64,000 nt of DNA, taken from contig OZ024740.1 in NCBI GenBank assembly GCA_964016885.1, forward strand, positions 196,850,001 through 196,914,000, read 5' to 3'. Shown piece after piece: positions 41,867-54,110 of the stretch. The translations under genes were made by a program, and so were the position numbers. The stretch is from Eledone cirrhosa. Its lineage: Eukaryota. Under the pieces are notes generated by a model. It saw only the letters and a list, made by a program, of their open reading frames with translations. It ran no database searches and was not told the DNA's origin. How positions within the stretch are numbered: position 1 is the first letter of the stretch; every line of letters begins with the position of its first letter.

Positions 41867-43105
41867 GCACAGAATGCATCACCCTAAGGCAGACATAGAT
41901 AGAATATATCTCCCTAGGAAAGAAGGAGGACGTGGGTTAATCCATTAGACATTGCGTTGAAAACTGCAACAATTGGATTATCCACATATCTAAGGGAATC
42001 ACATGATTGGATGATCAAACTCGTTTTGAAACACGAAAGCACCAAAAGATCATATTCCATTACAAAAGATGCACAAAGATACAGTAATGGACTACAAATT
42101 TCAGAAGTCCCATTTACTGCTGAAATGGAAAACACAGAAAAAGCAAAGCAGGTAAAAGTAACTGCAAAGAAAGAACTGCTACAGAAACTGGCTAAGAAAT
42201 GGCAAGAAAAGCCTCTGTATGGAAAATACCCAGAGCGAGCTAACAATCCTGATGTTGACAAAACTTTAACCCATCAGTGGTTGGCATCCTCTGGACTGAA
42301 ATCGGAGACTGAAGGACTGATTATATCGGCACAAGATCAGTGTCTGCCAACAAAAAATTACCAAGCCAACATAATAAAAAATGGGTGCAGCCCATTATGC
42401 CGTGTATGCAAAAAACAACCAGAGACCATTGACCATATAATTTCAATGTGCAGTCCTATAGCTCCAACCGAATACCTAAACAGGCATGACAGAGCTGCAC
42501 AATACATACATTGGATAATGTGTAAGCATTTTGACCTGCCCCATCAAAAGAATTGGTGGGAGCATCAACCACCTCCCATACTTGAAAAAGATCACATCTC
42601 AATCTTGTGGAACTTTAGCATCCAAACAGACCGAAAAATAGATGCAAATAGACCTGATATAATATTGAAGGACTTTCAAAGGAGGGTATGCCTGCTAATT
42701 GATATGTCTGTTCCAATAGACAAGAATGTATCTATAAAAACATTTGAAAAATTGAGCAAGTATAAGGACCTGGAGATAGAAATTGGAAAAATGTGGAAAT
42801 TGAGAACTAAAACAATACCAGTGGTTGTAGGCGCTCTGGGAATGATACCTAAGGGGTTTAACGACTACTTATCGCAAATCCCAGGAAACCCGCGTATAGG
42901 AGAAATACAAAAGATAGTACTAATGGGAACTGCCCATATACTAAGGAAGATCCTGTCAATATAAGTACATCACAAGTCTAAACACTAAGGATGCATGTGT
43001 GAATATGTATGTTCTTTCTTGAACATGGCGGACCTTGTTGTCTCTTGAGGTCACTGGTTGTGACTTGGTGATAACTCGTATGAACATAAAGCAAGATAAA
43101 TGCAA
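41865..43105 (+). mobile_element. 5'-truncated R4/Dong-like non-LTR retrotransposon (CCHC plus RLE endonuclease) in (TAA)n
   Basis: HPKADIDRIYLPRKEGGRGL, CRVC..ETIDHIISMC, RHD, RPDII..D, K..KY; (TAA)n on both sides, the known Dong-type target. Confidence 0.85.
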
Positions 43106-43124
43106 ATAATAATAATAATAATAA

Positions 43125-44980
43125 TGAAATATTGTGTACAGTGTTCAGGTGCACTAAAACTCATCAAAAAGTGTATGTATAGTACATAGGGTAATGTACA
43201 AACGTCAGGAAAATGAACAGTGCATGAGTCATGATATACACATGTGTGCATGTGTATGGAAGGGGGACATCAGGTGTAGTTTTGGCAAATTTCGGGAAGC
43301 ATGAGGGTTTTAAAGGATGCAGTGTCTCGGCAGCTAACAACTGACGCAGGCAGTTTGTTCCATGCTTCAGCAACTCTGAGCGTGAAAAAATGTTTACGAA
43401 AGTCATGGGAGCTGTGCTGTTTTCTGATGTTGTAGGCATGTCCACATGTGTTAGACACATGAAGATCAAAAAGGTGCTCAGGGTTGTTGTTGGCGAGATG
43501 GTTAATAATTTTGTGGGTGTTTACCAAGTCCATTGCCAGACGTCGGAGTTTCAATGGATCCATGCCCAGGGAAGCATGGCGTTCAGAGTATGGTAGGTGT
43601 CTGATGGAGGGTATGCGCTTGGTTGCACGTCTCTGAACAGTTTCCAGGAGGTCAATGTTCTGAGCAAGATAGGGGTTCCAGACTGATGATGCGAATTCCA
43701 AGTGTGGTCGTACTATAGCTGTATACAAATTTAAATAGATGGCTGGAGAGCGGCTAACAAAGGTCTTGCTGAGTGATGCCAAGACACCCTCGGCCTTCTT
43801 GACAATCTTAGAGACATGCATTGTCCAACGCAAATCGCTGCTGACAGTAATGCCCAGGTCACGTTCACAAGAGGACTCTTGATAGCAGTGTTGTGGAGGG
43901 AGTATGTGGACGCTGGATTTTTCCTCACAAAATGCATGCTGGTACACTTGTCCACAGCCAGCTTCAGTTGCCAGTCTGTGATCCATTGCTGCATTGTGTC
44001 GAGGTCTGATTGTAGGAAAGAGTTGTAGATTTCAAGATCAGTCCTTTTGATTTCAAGGTACAGCTTGATGTCATCAGCATATTTCAGTACCGTGGCATTC
44101 TTTAAGTTGGCATCTATGTCATTAATATATGCCACAAACAAAAGGGGACCAAGAACAGATCCCTGTGGTACACCAGATGACATCTCATATGGTGAAGAAT
44201 GCTGTCCTAGAACCGTGACTACCTCTTTTCGGCTGAGAATGAAGGATTTCAACCAGTTAAAAAGATCATCCCTCACACTCATTGCAGAGAGTTTTGCCAT
44301 AAGTCTTTTGTGTGGCACAGAATTAAAAGCCTTAGCAAAGTCAAGGTAAACAACATCCACCCATGAGCCGCTGTCAGTGATCCGGGTAATGTCTTCAAAG
44401 AACTCGATAAGCTGATCACAGCAGCTGGCGTTAGGGATAAATCCAAACTGCGAGGGTCGGATGAGGCTGTGAGAGCTCCAGAAGTTCCAAAGTGTTTCTC
44501 TGACACAGGATTCCATCAGTTTGGCAATACAGCTAGTAAGACTGACTGGACGATAGTTGACAGGTGACCTGCGGTCGCCCTTTTTGAACAGAGGAATGAC
44601 ACTGGCAGTTTTCCACCTGTTGAGACAGTATTGAAAAAAGAAAGAAAGCTGGTGCAAAAGGAAGTACCCGCCACGTTTGAGAAGCAGGTATGTAACACCA
44701 TCAAGACCAGGGGAGGCATAGTTGCGCTTATTCTTAAGGTGACGTCGCAATATTGCAGGTGTAAATTCCATAGTTGTTATGGAATTTGATGTTAGAGATG
44801 GTGGAGATGGTACATTCTGGTTTTCAACAGTAAAAATACTTGCATAGCACGCAGGAATGAGTTCTGCGCATTCTTTGGAATCGTCAGTGATCTGGCTTGT
44901 GTGGGGATTGCGAAGATGACCAACTGGAGAGTGAGGTCTCTGCTTTGAATGAACATATTTCCAGAACACCTTAAAAACAC
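43125..44980 (-). mobile_element. 5'-truncated CR1/L2-like LINE reverse transcriptase, frameshifted
   Basis: YRPVSLTS, QFGF, VYLDFAKAF, GVPQGSVLGPLLF, YADD; C-terminus VRPHLEFASSVWNP in a second frame; 3' end also seen at about 53575-53625. Confidence 0.9.
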
Positions 44981-44984
44981 CTGT

Positions 44985-45368
44985 AAAAATCGAATTTGCA
45001 ATGTATTGATTTTTCAGTTAAAATCTATAAATAGAGATGAGAGACGAGTTATTTCCCTTGTATGGAACGCGCAGACGATAAAAAACCCCTACCACTTGCA
45101 AACGATTAGATATTTAGATTCTTGTCAGAATAAGTAGATGCTATAAGTAGATGCCATTCAAATTGAATTTCAATTGTTGGTTCGATTTGTTTAGTAGCTT
45201 CATTTTAACTGTACTACCTGTGTATGCTACAAAGCGTTAAAATGTCAGCGACCTCATTACTTGGTAAGTTAAACGTTCCCTATTAAACGTTTGGCTTATT
45301 TTCAGTTTTCAATTGTTGTTTCATTTTGCTATGGCGTTGGCGGTTAGGCCTTCTACTTAAATTAATTT
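44985..45368 (+). mobile_element. Internal Helitron fragment, inverted copy of about 41106-41490
   Basis: Reverse-complement match to 41106-41490. Confidence 0.7.
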
Positions 45369-45556
45369 TGCGATCTTATAAGGCTAAATTTACTTTAATT
45401 TACTTTTATCTTGAAGGAAATATGGACGGATTGTTTGTATTAGGATTCATGTATACACCGGGGTTGGGGGTGCAAAAGTAGGTATGCAGTTAATTACTAT
45501 TGACGCTTGGCCAGCACAAAAGTTTTGCTCAAACTAAAATAGCAAATTCAAGTCAA

Positions 45557-45948
45557 TCTCCTTATAATATATAACCAGCAATTTCTCTGTCTGTCTGCCC
45601 GACAGTGGAAACACGTGCGCGCGTGCGAATGTTTTTTGCGCACGCGACGCGTAGAGAGAGAGTGAGAGTGAAAGAAAGAGACAGACTACAGGAGGGGGAT
45701 AGCGGGAGGGAGAGAGGGGGAATTGAGGAGTGCTACAGAAACATATATACATTTCTGTGTGTGTGTAATATATATATATATACATACACAGAAATATATA
45801 TATATATATACACACAGAAATATATATACATTTCTGTGTGTGTAATATATATATATATACACACAGAAATATATATACATTTCTGTGTGTGTAATATATA
45901 TATATATATATATACACACACAGAAATATATATACATTTCTGTGTGTG

Positions 45949-46011
<63 letters not shown>

Positions 46012-46921
46012 GAAATATATATATATTTCCGTGTGTGTATATATATATATATATTACACACACAGAAATGTATATATATATACACACAGAAATATATATA
46101 CATCCCTTAGCTACTGTACTGTATCTGTTGCTATCTCTCTCTCTCCAGCTATCCCTCTCTTTTAGTCTGTCTGTTTCTCTCACTCTCACTCTTTCTCTTT
46201 GTAACACACTAACATTCCTCCCCTCTATCGCTGTGACGAATGGGGAGATGGAGGAGGAGGAGAGAGTCACTTCGTCACTTCACCTCTGCTTTTCTTTCTC
46301 TCCCCTCTCACTCCCTCATTACGTACAGACATTAGGGCGGTGGATTGGCAGAATCTGTAGAGAGTCGGACACCATGCTTCATAGCATGGAGTTACGTCCC
46401 TTTACGGTCTGAGTTCAAATACCGCCGAGGTTAACTTTGCCTTTCATCCTCACGGGGTCGATAAAATAAAGTACCAGTAATGTACTGGTTAATTGCTGGC
46501 TTTGTGCCAAAAGTAGAAACAATTATTAGAAACATTGCTTCATTTTTACATATCTAAGCATTAGTAAAATAACTAATAATTTCAAAAGTAATTTTTCAAT
46601 TCCAATTGTTATGAACAGCAAAACATTAATAATAATTTTGTTCTAAGAAATATATATACATTTCTGTGTGTGTAATATATATATATATACACACACAGAA
46701 ATATACATTTCTGTGTGTGTAATATATATATATACACACACAAATATATATACATTTCTGTGTGTGTAATATATATATATATACACACACAGAAATATAT
46801 ATATATACACACACAAATATATATACATTTCTGTGTGTGTAATATATATATATATATATATATATATACGCACACAGAAATATATATACATTTCTGTGTG
46901 TGTAATATATATATATATATC

Positions 46922-46953
<32 letters not shown>

Positions 46954-47000
46954 GAAATATATGGGCATTTCTCTGTTTGTCTGTCTGTCTGTCTGTCTGT
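45557..47000 (+). mobile_element. Second Helitron-like family (5' TCTCCTTATAATATATAACC) with palindromic minisatellite arrays
   Basis: The same 5' end occurs at 48642 (+) and 50733 (-); repeated unit acacacagaaat(ata)catttctgtgtgtgt. Right boundary approximate. Confidence 0.6.
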
Positions 47001-47506
47001 CCTTCCCTAAAACTCAAATGTAGGTGCTACAGAAATATTACCTTCCCCTTCCTTTCTCCACTTTGGTACTACCAAGAGAAACACTGTCGCTATAGAAACA
47101 TTACCTTCCCCTCTCCACTGACTTTGGTCACTGAGGCCGAGGGAATCGCTGGTTGCTATAGAGACACCTTGCACAAGCCAGAAGTAACCAGTTCGAGGCG
47201 GTTCTGACTTGACACCATGCCAAGGACCATTTGAAGATATATTTCCATCGTTATATCATAACGTTTATGTATCATAACGTTTATATTTCCATCACTAATC
47301 TCTTTTTCTCCTTTTTTGTTTTAGCATATATTTATTTCAAAGATTTCACCGTATAAATAACATATATATTTATACATGCATAAAAGACACACCGAGAGAC
47401 GGTGAACATGTGGTGCCGAAAACATTTCTCATCCAAATCTCAACAATATCAGTATATACACTAGATTTGCTAGCAGAAAACCGCCCACTGGGTGGTTTTC
47501 TGCTAG

Positions 47507-48637
47507 TCTATATATATATAAAACTGAGGTTGTCTGTCTGTCTGTCTGTCTACTAAAACCTTCGGCACACATCTCCTCTTAAACCGTACGTTCAAATTTC
47601 GGTTAAATTGCTACACTTATAGATGAAGGTCCGGCGGAGTCATTGGTCAAAACAATTTTCAAGTCGACCCACGCCAAGTGCAAAATTCGAATTTGTAATA
47701 TATTGATTTTTCAGTTCAAATATATAAATAGAGATGAGAGACCAGTTATTTCCCTTTTATGGCGTTATTTGCTTATTTATTTATGTTACGTATAAACGAC
47801 GCGGTAGACCGTGAAGAACAATTTCATGCAAAGACAAGACCAAGTTTATGGTGTAAATGGAGTCGTTAGACTAATATTCTATTTAAAATAACCGAATGAT
47901 TTCCAGCCCGGGAGTTTAAGAATGATGTTAATAAAATTGTAAACGAAAATGATAGGTTATTAAAATAGTTGTTTCTACTTTTGGCACAAGGCCAGCAATT
48001 AACCAGTACATTACTGGTACTTTATTTTATCGACCCCGTAAGGATGAAAGGCAAAGTTAACCTCGGCGGGATTTTAACTTTGCTTTAAAATAGTAAAAGT
48101 AAATAGTGAAGATTTAGACCAGTACATATGCGCCGACGGATATACACATACATATGCACACACACACACAACCACACCCCATGCCACACCCACACACGTG
48201 TGCGTGTAAACCTTATGTATTTCTACAGTATTTTCACCAAACTTAAGACATAGATTACTTATGTACTCCGGATGGTCGTGGGCACTTTCATTTTTCCAGA
48301 TATTGATTATAGGGCCTCCAGGCAGATAACCCCCTTTAACCACTTCCTTGGAGTCGACTGAAGCACTGCAGTGCAATGCAACAAAACGTCATATCTTCTG
48401 GAGTTCGCAACCGTTTTTCACAAAACTTGACACATGGGCTACGTTTGTTCAACAGATGAATATGAACTCTCAGAATTGGCACATATTGAGTAGGGGACCC
48501 CTGGGGGCAGGAATCTCCTTTTGGAAAAAGCTGATGATTTTGTAAAAGTATTGTTTTCCAAACAGCACTGAAGTATTGACATAATGGTATACATAACTGC
48601 TATTTAATACCCGAGCAATGCTGGGTACCTCTGCTAG
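47507..48637 (+). mobile_element. Full-length non-autonomous Helitron containing a captured SINE fragment
   Basis: 5' TC at 47507, 3' hairpin cccgagcaatgctggg plus CTAG at 48634-48637; SINE piece at about 47965-48075. Confidence 0.85.
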
Positions 48638-48971
48638 TATATCTCCTTATAATATATAACCAGCAATTTCTCTGTCTGTCTGTCCGACAGTGGAAACACG
48701 TGCGCGCGTGCGAATGTTTTTTGCGCACGCGTAGAGAGAGAGTGAGAGTGAAAGAAAGAGACAGACAACAAGAGGGGGATAGCGGGAGGGAGAGAGGGGG
48801 GAATTGAGGAGTGCTACAGAAACATATATACATTTCTGTGTGTGTGTAATATATATATATATACACACACAGAAATATATATATATACACACAGAAATAT
48901 ATATACATTTCTGTGTGTGTAATATATATATATACTAGCAGAAAACCACCTGTGGGGCGGTTTTCTGCTAG

Positions 48972-50261
48972 TCTATATATATAAAACTGGGGTTGTCTGT
49001 CTGTCTGTCAACTAACACCTTCGGCACACATCTCCTCCTAAACAGTACGTTCAAATTTCGGTGAAATTGCTACACTTATAGATGAAGATCCGACGGAGAC
49101 ATCAGTCAAAAAAATTTTCAAATCGACACACGCCAAGTACAAAAATCGAATTTGTAATGTATTGAATTTTCAGTTCAAATGTATAAGTAGAGATGAGAGA
49201 CGAGTTATTTCCCTTTTATGGCGTCATTTGCTTATCTATTTACTAACAGTAAAGCCCGGCGTTGCTCGGGGCTGCTCAGTAGCTGTGTTAAAGTTACAAT
49301 GTTAAGTTCCTTTCTTGGCTTAAAAACTGTAGAGTCTACAGTGTAGACTTTCATGTGGTACTTTTGATTAATATTTCCTCAACCAACAGTATCCCTTATG
49401 AAGTTAAGAAAACATAACCATAACTCGAATGTTAAAACAAAAGAGGATGCTGGGGATAAAAACTGTACTGATAATCTATTAACAAAAATCGAAAATGTAA
49501 ACACTGCAACACTTGTCTCAGAGAAAAACATCAGCGTAACCAAACTATCAGTTATTTTGAAACAAAGAAATTGGATGGACATGAAAAACAAAGAAAAAAA
49601 AAAAACAAATGCGTTATCTGTCTGTCGTTTAAAATCATTGCTTCTAAATGAAAATCTCATAAGGCTTTATTCGAGATCAATGCTTTTTTTTACAAAATAT
49701 TTGCTTGTTTTACGGTGTATTCAAATAGGCTTGTTTTCAAGTGAAAATATTGTTTTAAAAGACTTTTTAATGGAAATGAAGCAAAATGGAAGCTTAATGT
49801 TGAAACTTCGAACTCATGAATTTTGCAGGTTAAAATTGTGCTGGTCCGAAAACTGTTCGTGTATTTTTGTACTTTTGCACGCGTCGTATATTTGTAACGT
49901 AAATAGATAGACAGAATGACGCCATAAAAGGGAAATAACTCGTCTCTCATCTCTATTTCTACATTTGAACTGAAAAATCAATACATTACAAATTCGATTT
50001 TTGCATTTGACGTGGGTCGATTTGAAAATGTTTTTGACCGATGTCTCCGCCGGACCTTCATCTATAAGTGTTGCAATTTCCCCTAAATTTGAACCTACGG
50101 TTTAGGAGGAGATGTGTGTCGACCGTTTTAGTAGACAGACAGACAGATAGACAGACAGACAACCCCAGTTTTATATATATAGACTAGCAGAAAACCACCC
50201 GGTGGGTGGTTTTCTGCTAGTATATACATATATTACACACACAGAAATGTATATATATTTC

Positions 50262-50300
<39 letters not shown>

Positions 50301-51593
50301 CACACACAGAAATGTATATATATTTCTGTGTGTATATATATATATATTACACACACAGAAATGAATATATATTTCTGTGTATATATATATATATTACACA
50401 CACACAGAAATGTATATATGTTTCTGTAGCACTCCTCAATTCCCCCCTCTCTCCCTCCCGCTATCCCCCTCTTGTAGTCTGTCTCTTTCTTTCACTCTCA
50501 CACTCTCTCTCTACGCGTGCGCAAAAAACATTCGCACGCGCGCACGTGTTTTAGCGTCTATTCACTCTCTCTCTCTCCCTCTCTCCCTCCCGCTATCCCC
50601 CTCTCGTAGTCTGTCTCTTTCTTTCACTCTCACTTTCTCTCTACGCGTGCGCAAAAAACATTCGCACGCGCACACGTGTTTCCACTGTCGGACAGACAGA
50701 CAGAGAAATTGCTGGTTATATATTATAAGGAGATGTTACGTATAAACGACGCGGTGGACCGAGAAGAACAATTTCATGCAAAGACAAGACCAAGTTTATG
50801 GTGTAAATGGAATCGTTTGACTAATATTCTATTTAAAATAACCGAATGATTTCCAGCCCCGGAGTTTAAGAATGATGTTAATAAAATTGTAAACGAAAAT
50901 GACAGGTTATTAAAATAGTTGTTTCTACTTTTGGCACAAGGCCAGCAATTAACCAGTACATTACTGGTACTTTATTTTATCGACCCCGTAAGGATGAAAG
51001 GCAAAGTTAACCTCGACGGGATTTTAACTTTGCCTTAACATAGTAAAAGTAAATAGTGAAGATTTAGGCCAGTACATACATATGCGCCGACGGACATACA
51101 CATACATAAACATACGCACACACGAATACATACATACACACACACACACGTGCGCGCGTGTGTAAACCTTATGCATTTCTACAGTATTTTCACCAAACTT
51201 AAGACATAGATTACTTATGTACTCCGGATGGTCGTGGGCACTTTCATTTTTCCAGATATTGATTATAGGGCCTCCCAGCAGATAACCCCCTTTAACCACT
51301 TCCTTGGAGTCGACTGAAGCACTGCAGTGCAATGCAACAAAACGTCATAACTTCTGGAGTTCGTAACCGTTTTTCACAAAACTTGACACATGGGCTACGT
51401 TTGTTCTACAGATGAATATGAACTCTCAGAATTGGCACATATTGAGTAGGAGACCCCTGGGGGCAGGAATCTCCTTTTGGAAAAAGCCGATGATTTTGTA
51501 AAAGTATAGTTTTCCAAGCAGCACTGAAGTATTGACATAAATGGTATACATAACTGCTATTTAATACCCGAGCAACGCCGGATACATCTGCTA

Positions 51594-51594
<1 letters not shown>
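48972..51594 (+). mobile_element. Helitron copy split by a nested minus-strand Helitron (49243-50733)
   Basis: Comparison with 47507-48637 shows the insertion at ttta|tgtt (A|T, no TSD). The insert has TC at 50733 and hairpin plus TTAG at 49243. The host ends with CTAG at 51591-51594. Confidence 0.8.
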
Positions 51595-51644
<50 letters not shown>

Positions 51645-51691
51645 CAATACTAATATATATATATATATATATAACACCAATACTAAAATAC

Positions 51692-51723
<32 letters not shown>

Positions 51724-52749
51724 ACTTTTTAAAAATTAATAAAGAAAGGACAAGACAACGAACGGAAACAAGACAAAATGAAAAACTATTTTTTTAAGGA
51801 GAAACCTTTAAAAATTATTGTTTAAAAATAAACGTACAAACGAAGGACATAGAACTCCAGGGTCATCAGCCCTTGAGATGGACTTGGGAGGTTTCGACCC
51901 CCACCAACTGTACTGCTGGTTCACCCAGGATCACAGCGTCTGACATAAGCCAAACACTGTCCAGTGGAGTTAGAGACGAGAGACAAAACATTAATGTATA
52001 GCAATTAAGCTACAAGTACACATAGAATTTTGTGACGTCAAAGAAAAAATGTGGTGCCTCTTATAGCACGAGGGTCATAAATGAAACAAAAGAAAAAAAT
52101 GGAAGAAAAAAACAAGAAGAGGAAACTAAGATTGCGTGTTAAAAAATGTAAGCCATTGCAATAAATTGGAGGGGGAATAACACATACGTCAAATTAGTAT
52201 TGATAAACTTTTAAAAATTAACAAAAAGAGGACAAGACAACGAACAAAGGAAACAAAGCAAATGATTTTTGATGATTTAGTGAGAAAGAATAAAAACTAA
52301 TGGTAAAAAAAAGGTATGGCCCTAAGCTATAGTTTATTTAGCTTATAGGTAAGCCCAGCCCAACACTAATGAACGGGTATATTTAGCATGAGTTCAAATC
52401 CCGCCGAGGTTGACTTTGCCTTTCATCCTTGCGAGGTCGATAAAATAAAGTACCAGTAATGCACTGGGATAATTGATGGCCTTGTGCCAAAAGTAGAAAC
52501 AATATTTAGCAGATGAGGGGGGGGGGGGGGGCATACAGAAAATTATAAAGGGAGATAAACACGTACGGCGTAGATATTCCTCAAATGATCTCCCATTATC
52601 AAAAGTTAACATTACACCAAAACACAAAATAAAATATTGTTAACTAGTTGGTTTTTCTTTTATTTCTTACTTTACTTATTATTACCAGTTGTTATTTGCT
52701 AAACATCATTCAAGATTATATAGTTTTGTCGGGAGACAAAAAATAATTA

Positions 52750-52917
52750 CCGTATTTCCCGGCGCTGAAGAGGCTTCGTCCTCGAGGACGCACCTTAATT
52801 TTGACAACCAAAAATTTGAAAAAAACAAAACAAAAAAAAACAACCTCCAGGACGCATAGTAAATTTTTAGTCTTATTTTAGGGAAAAAAATAGCGTCTTC
52901 GACGCCTGGAAATACGG
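52750..52917. mobile_element. pogo/Tigger-type MITE
   Basis: TIRs ccgtatttcccggcg / cgcctggaaatacgg with TA TSD. Confidence 0.8.
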
Positions 52918-53387
52918 TATCTCAAATTTCTTGTGTAACAAACAGAGAGAAATTTAACAATCTAAGGGGAACAACTGTATCAAAATTATCGGAGTATTAA
53001 TTGAAATAGTGCAGTGAACAAAATATTTCATTAAAATGATTATGCGGTGAGGTAAAAACAACATTAACTCAATTACAACTATTATTTTAATAATTTCAGC
53101 AAGTTTGGTAGACACTCCGAATGTGAATCATTAACTTCATCGTTCTCGTATACAAACTCAGTGATTCTCTTATAAGCAAGCACAGCGAAGTCTCTTTGCT
53201 GAGAAGTTTTAATAAGATCGAAATATGTCCAAAGTTGTTTCTTATATAAGCCGAAATTATTAAAATAATATTAGCTATTGAGATAATGTTGTCTTCTCCT
53301 CACTGCATAATTATATCAAATTAAATTGTTTATGCTTACTTCATTAAATGTAATATAATCTCAATGATATATTTTTAAATATAATAA

Positions 53388-53575
53388 TAATTGTTTCTAC
53401 TTTAGGCACAAGGCCAGCAAATTACCCAGTGCATTACTGGTACTTTATTTTATCGACCCCGTAAGGATGAAAGGCAAAGTCAACCTCGGCGGGATTTGAA
53501 CTCAGATCGTAAAGGGACGTAACTATGCTGGAAAGCATGGCGTCCGACTCTCTACCGATACTGCCAATCCACCTA
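53388..53575 (-). mobile_element. Deu/Nin-core SINE
   Basis: Near-identical reverse complement of 6515-6705. Confidence 0.8.
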
Positions 53576-53809
53576 ATAATAATGAAAATATTGTGTACAG
53601 TGCTCAGGTGCACTACAACTCATCAAAATATATATTAGTTACTTTATCTCAGAATGATTATTACACCTTTTGTTTTTCTAGACATAGTTTATCTAGGTCT
53701 ACATTATCTAATATGCCATTTATTTTTTTTATATGGTAGGGTGTGATTTGAGTGAAATTTGGTTACTATTTCTACTAAATTGAGTGCTTCTATTTTGATC
53801 AAAATCATT

Positions 53810-54110
53810 CCAGACATCCAGGTGTAAAATCAATCAGCTGGAATTTGCAGACGACATGATATTACTTAACTCGGCAGAAGGTGATCTGTGACTTGAAATT
53901 GATACCTTTGATGCTGAGTGCTGCATGGCTGGGATGAAAATCAGTGCTGCGAAAACTGAGACACTCATCCTCTCAAGGAAACCTACGCAGTGTACTCTAC
54001 ATGTGAATGGAATTCCACTGAAGCAGGTGGAGATGGTTGCTTCTGACAGGACATGCTGGAAGGAATGTTTGAGGACTCAGCCCCCACGACCCTCACAGGA
54101 ATAAGTGGGC
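53810..54110 (+). pseudogene. RTE-type LINE RT fragment with internal deletion
   Basis: FADDMILL..*..GMKISAAKTE joined to an RTE 3' end shared with 9505-9600. Confidence 0.6.

Noticed and set aside
45735-46960. CRISPR-like repeat-spacer appearance
   Set aside because: The spacers are only (TA)n, the context is eukaryotic and there are no cas genes.
52765-52790. ctgaagag motif
   Set aside because: Part of a pogo-type MITE subterminal repeat; no hammerhead helices.
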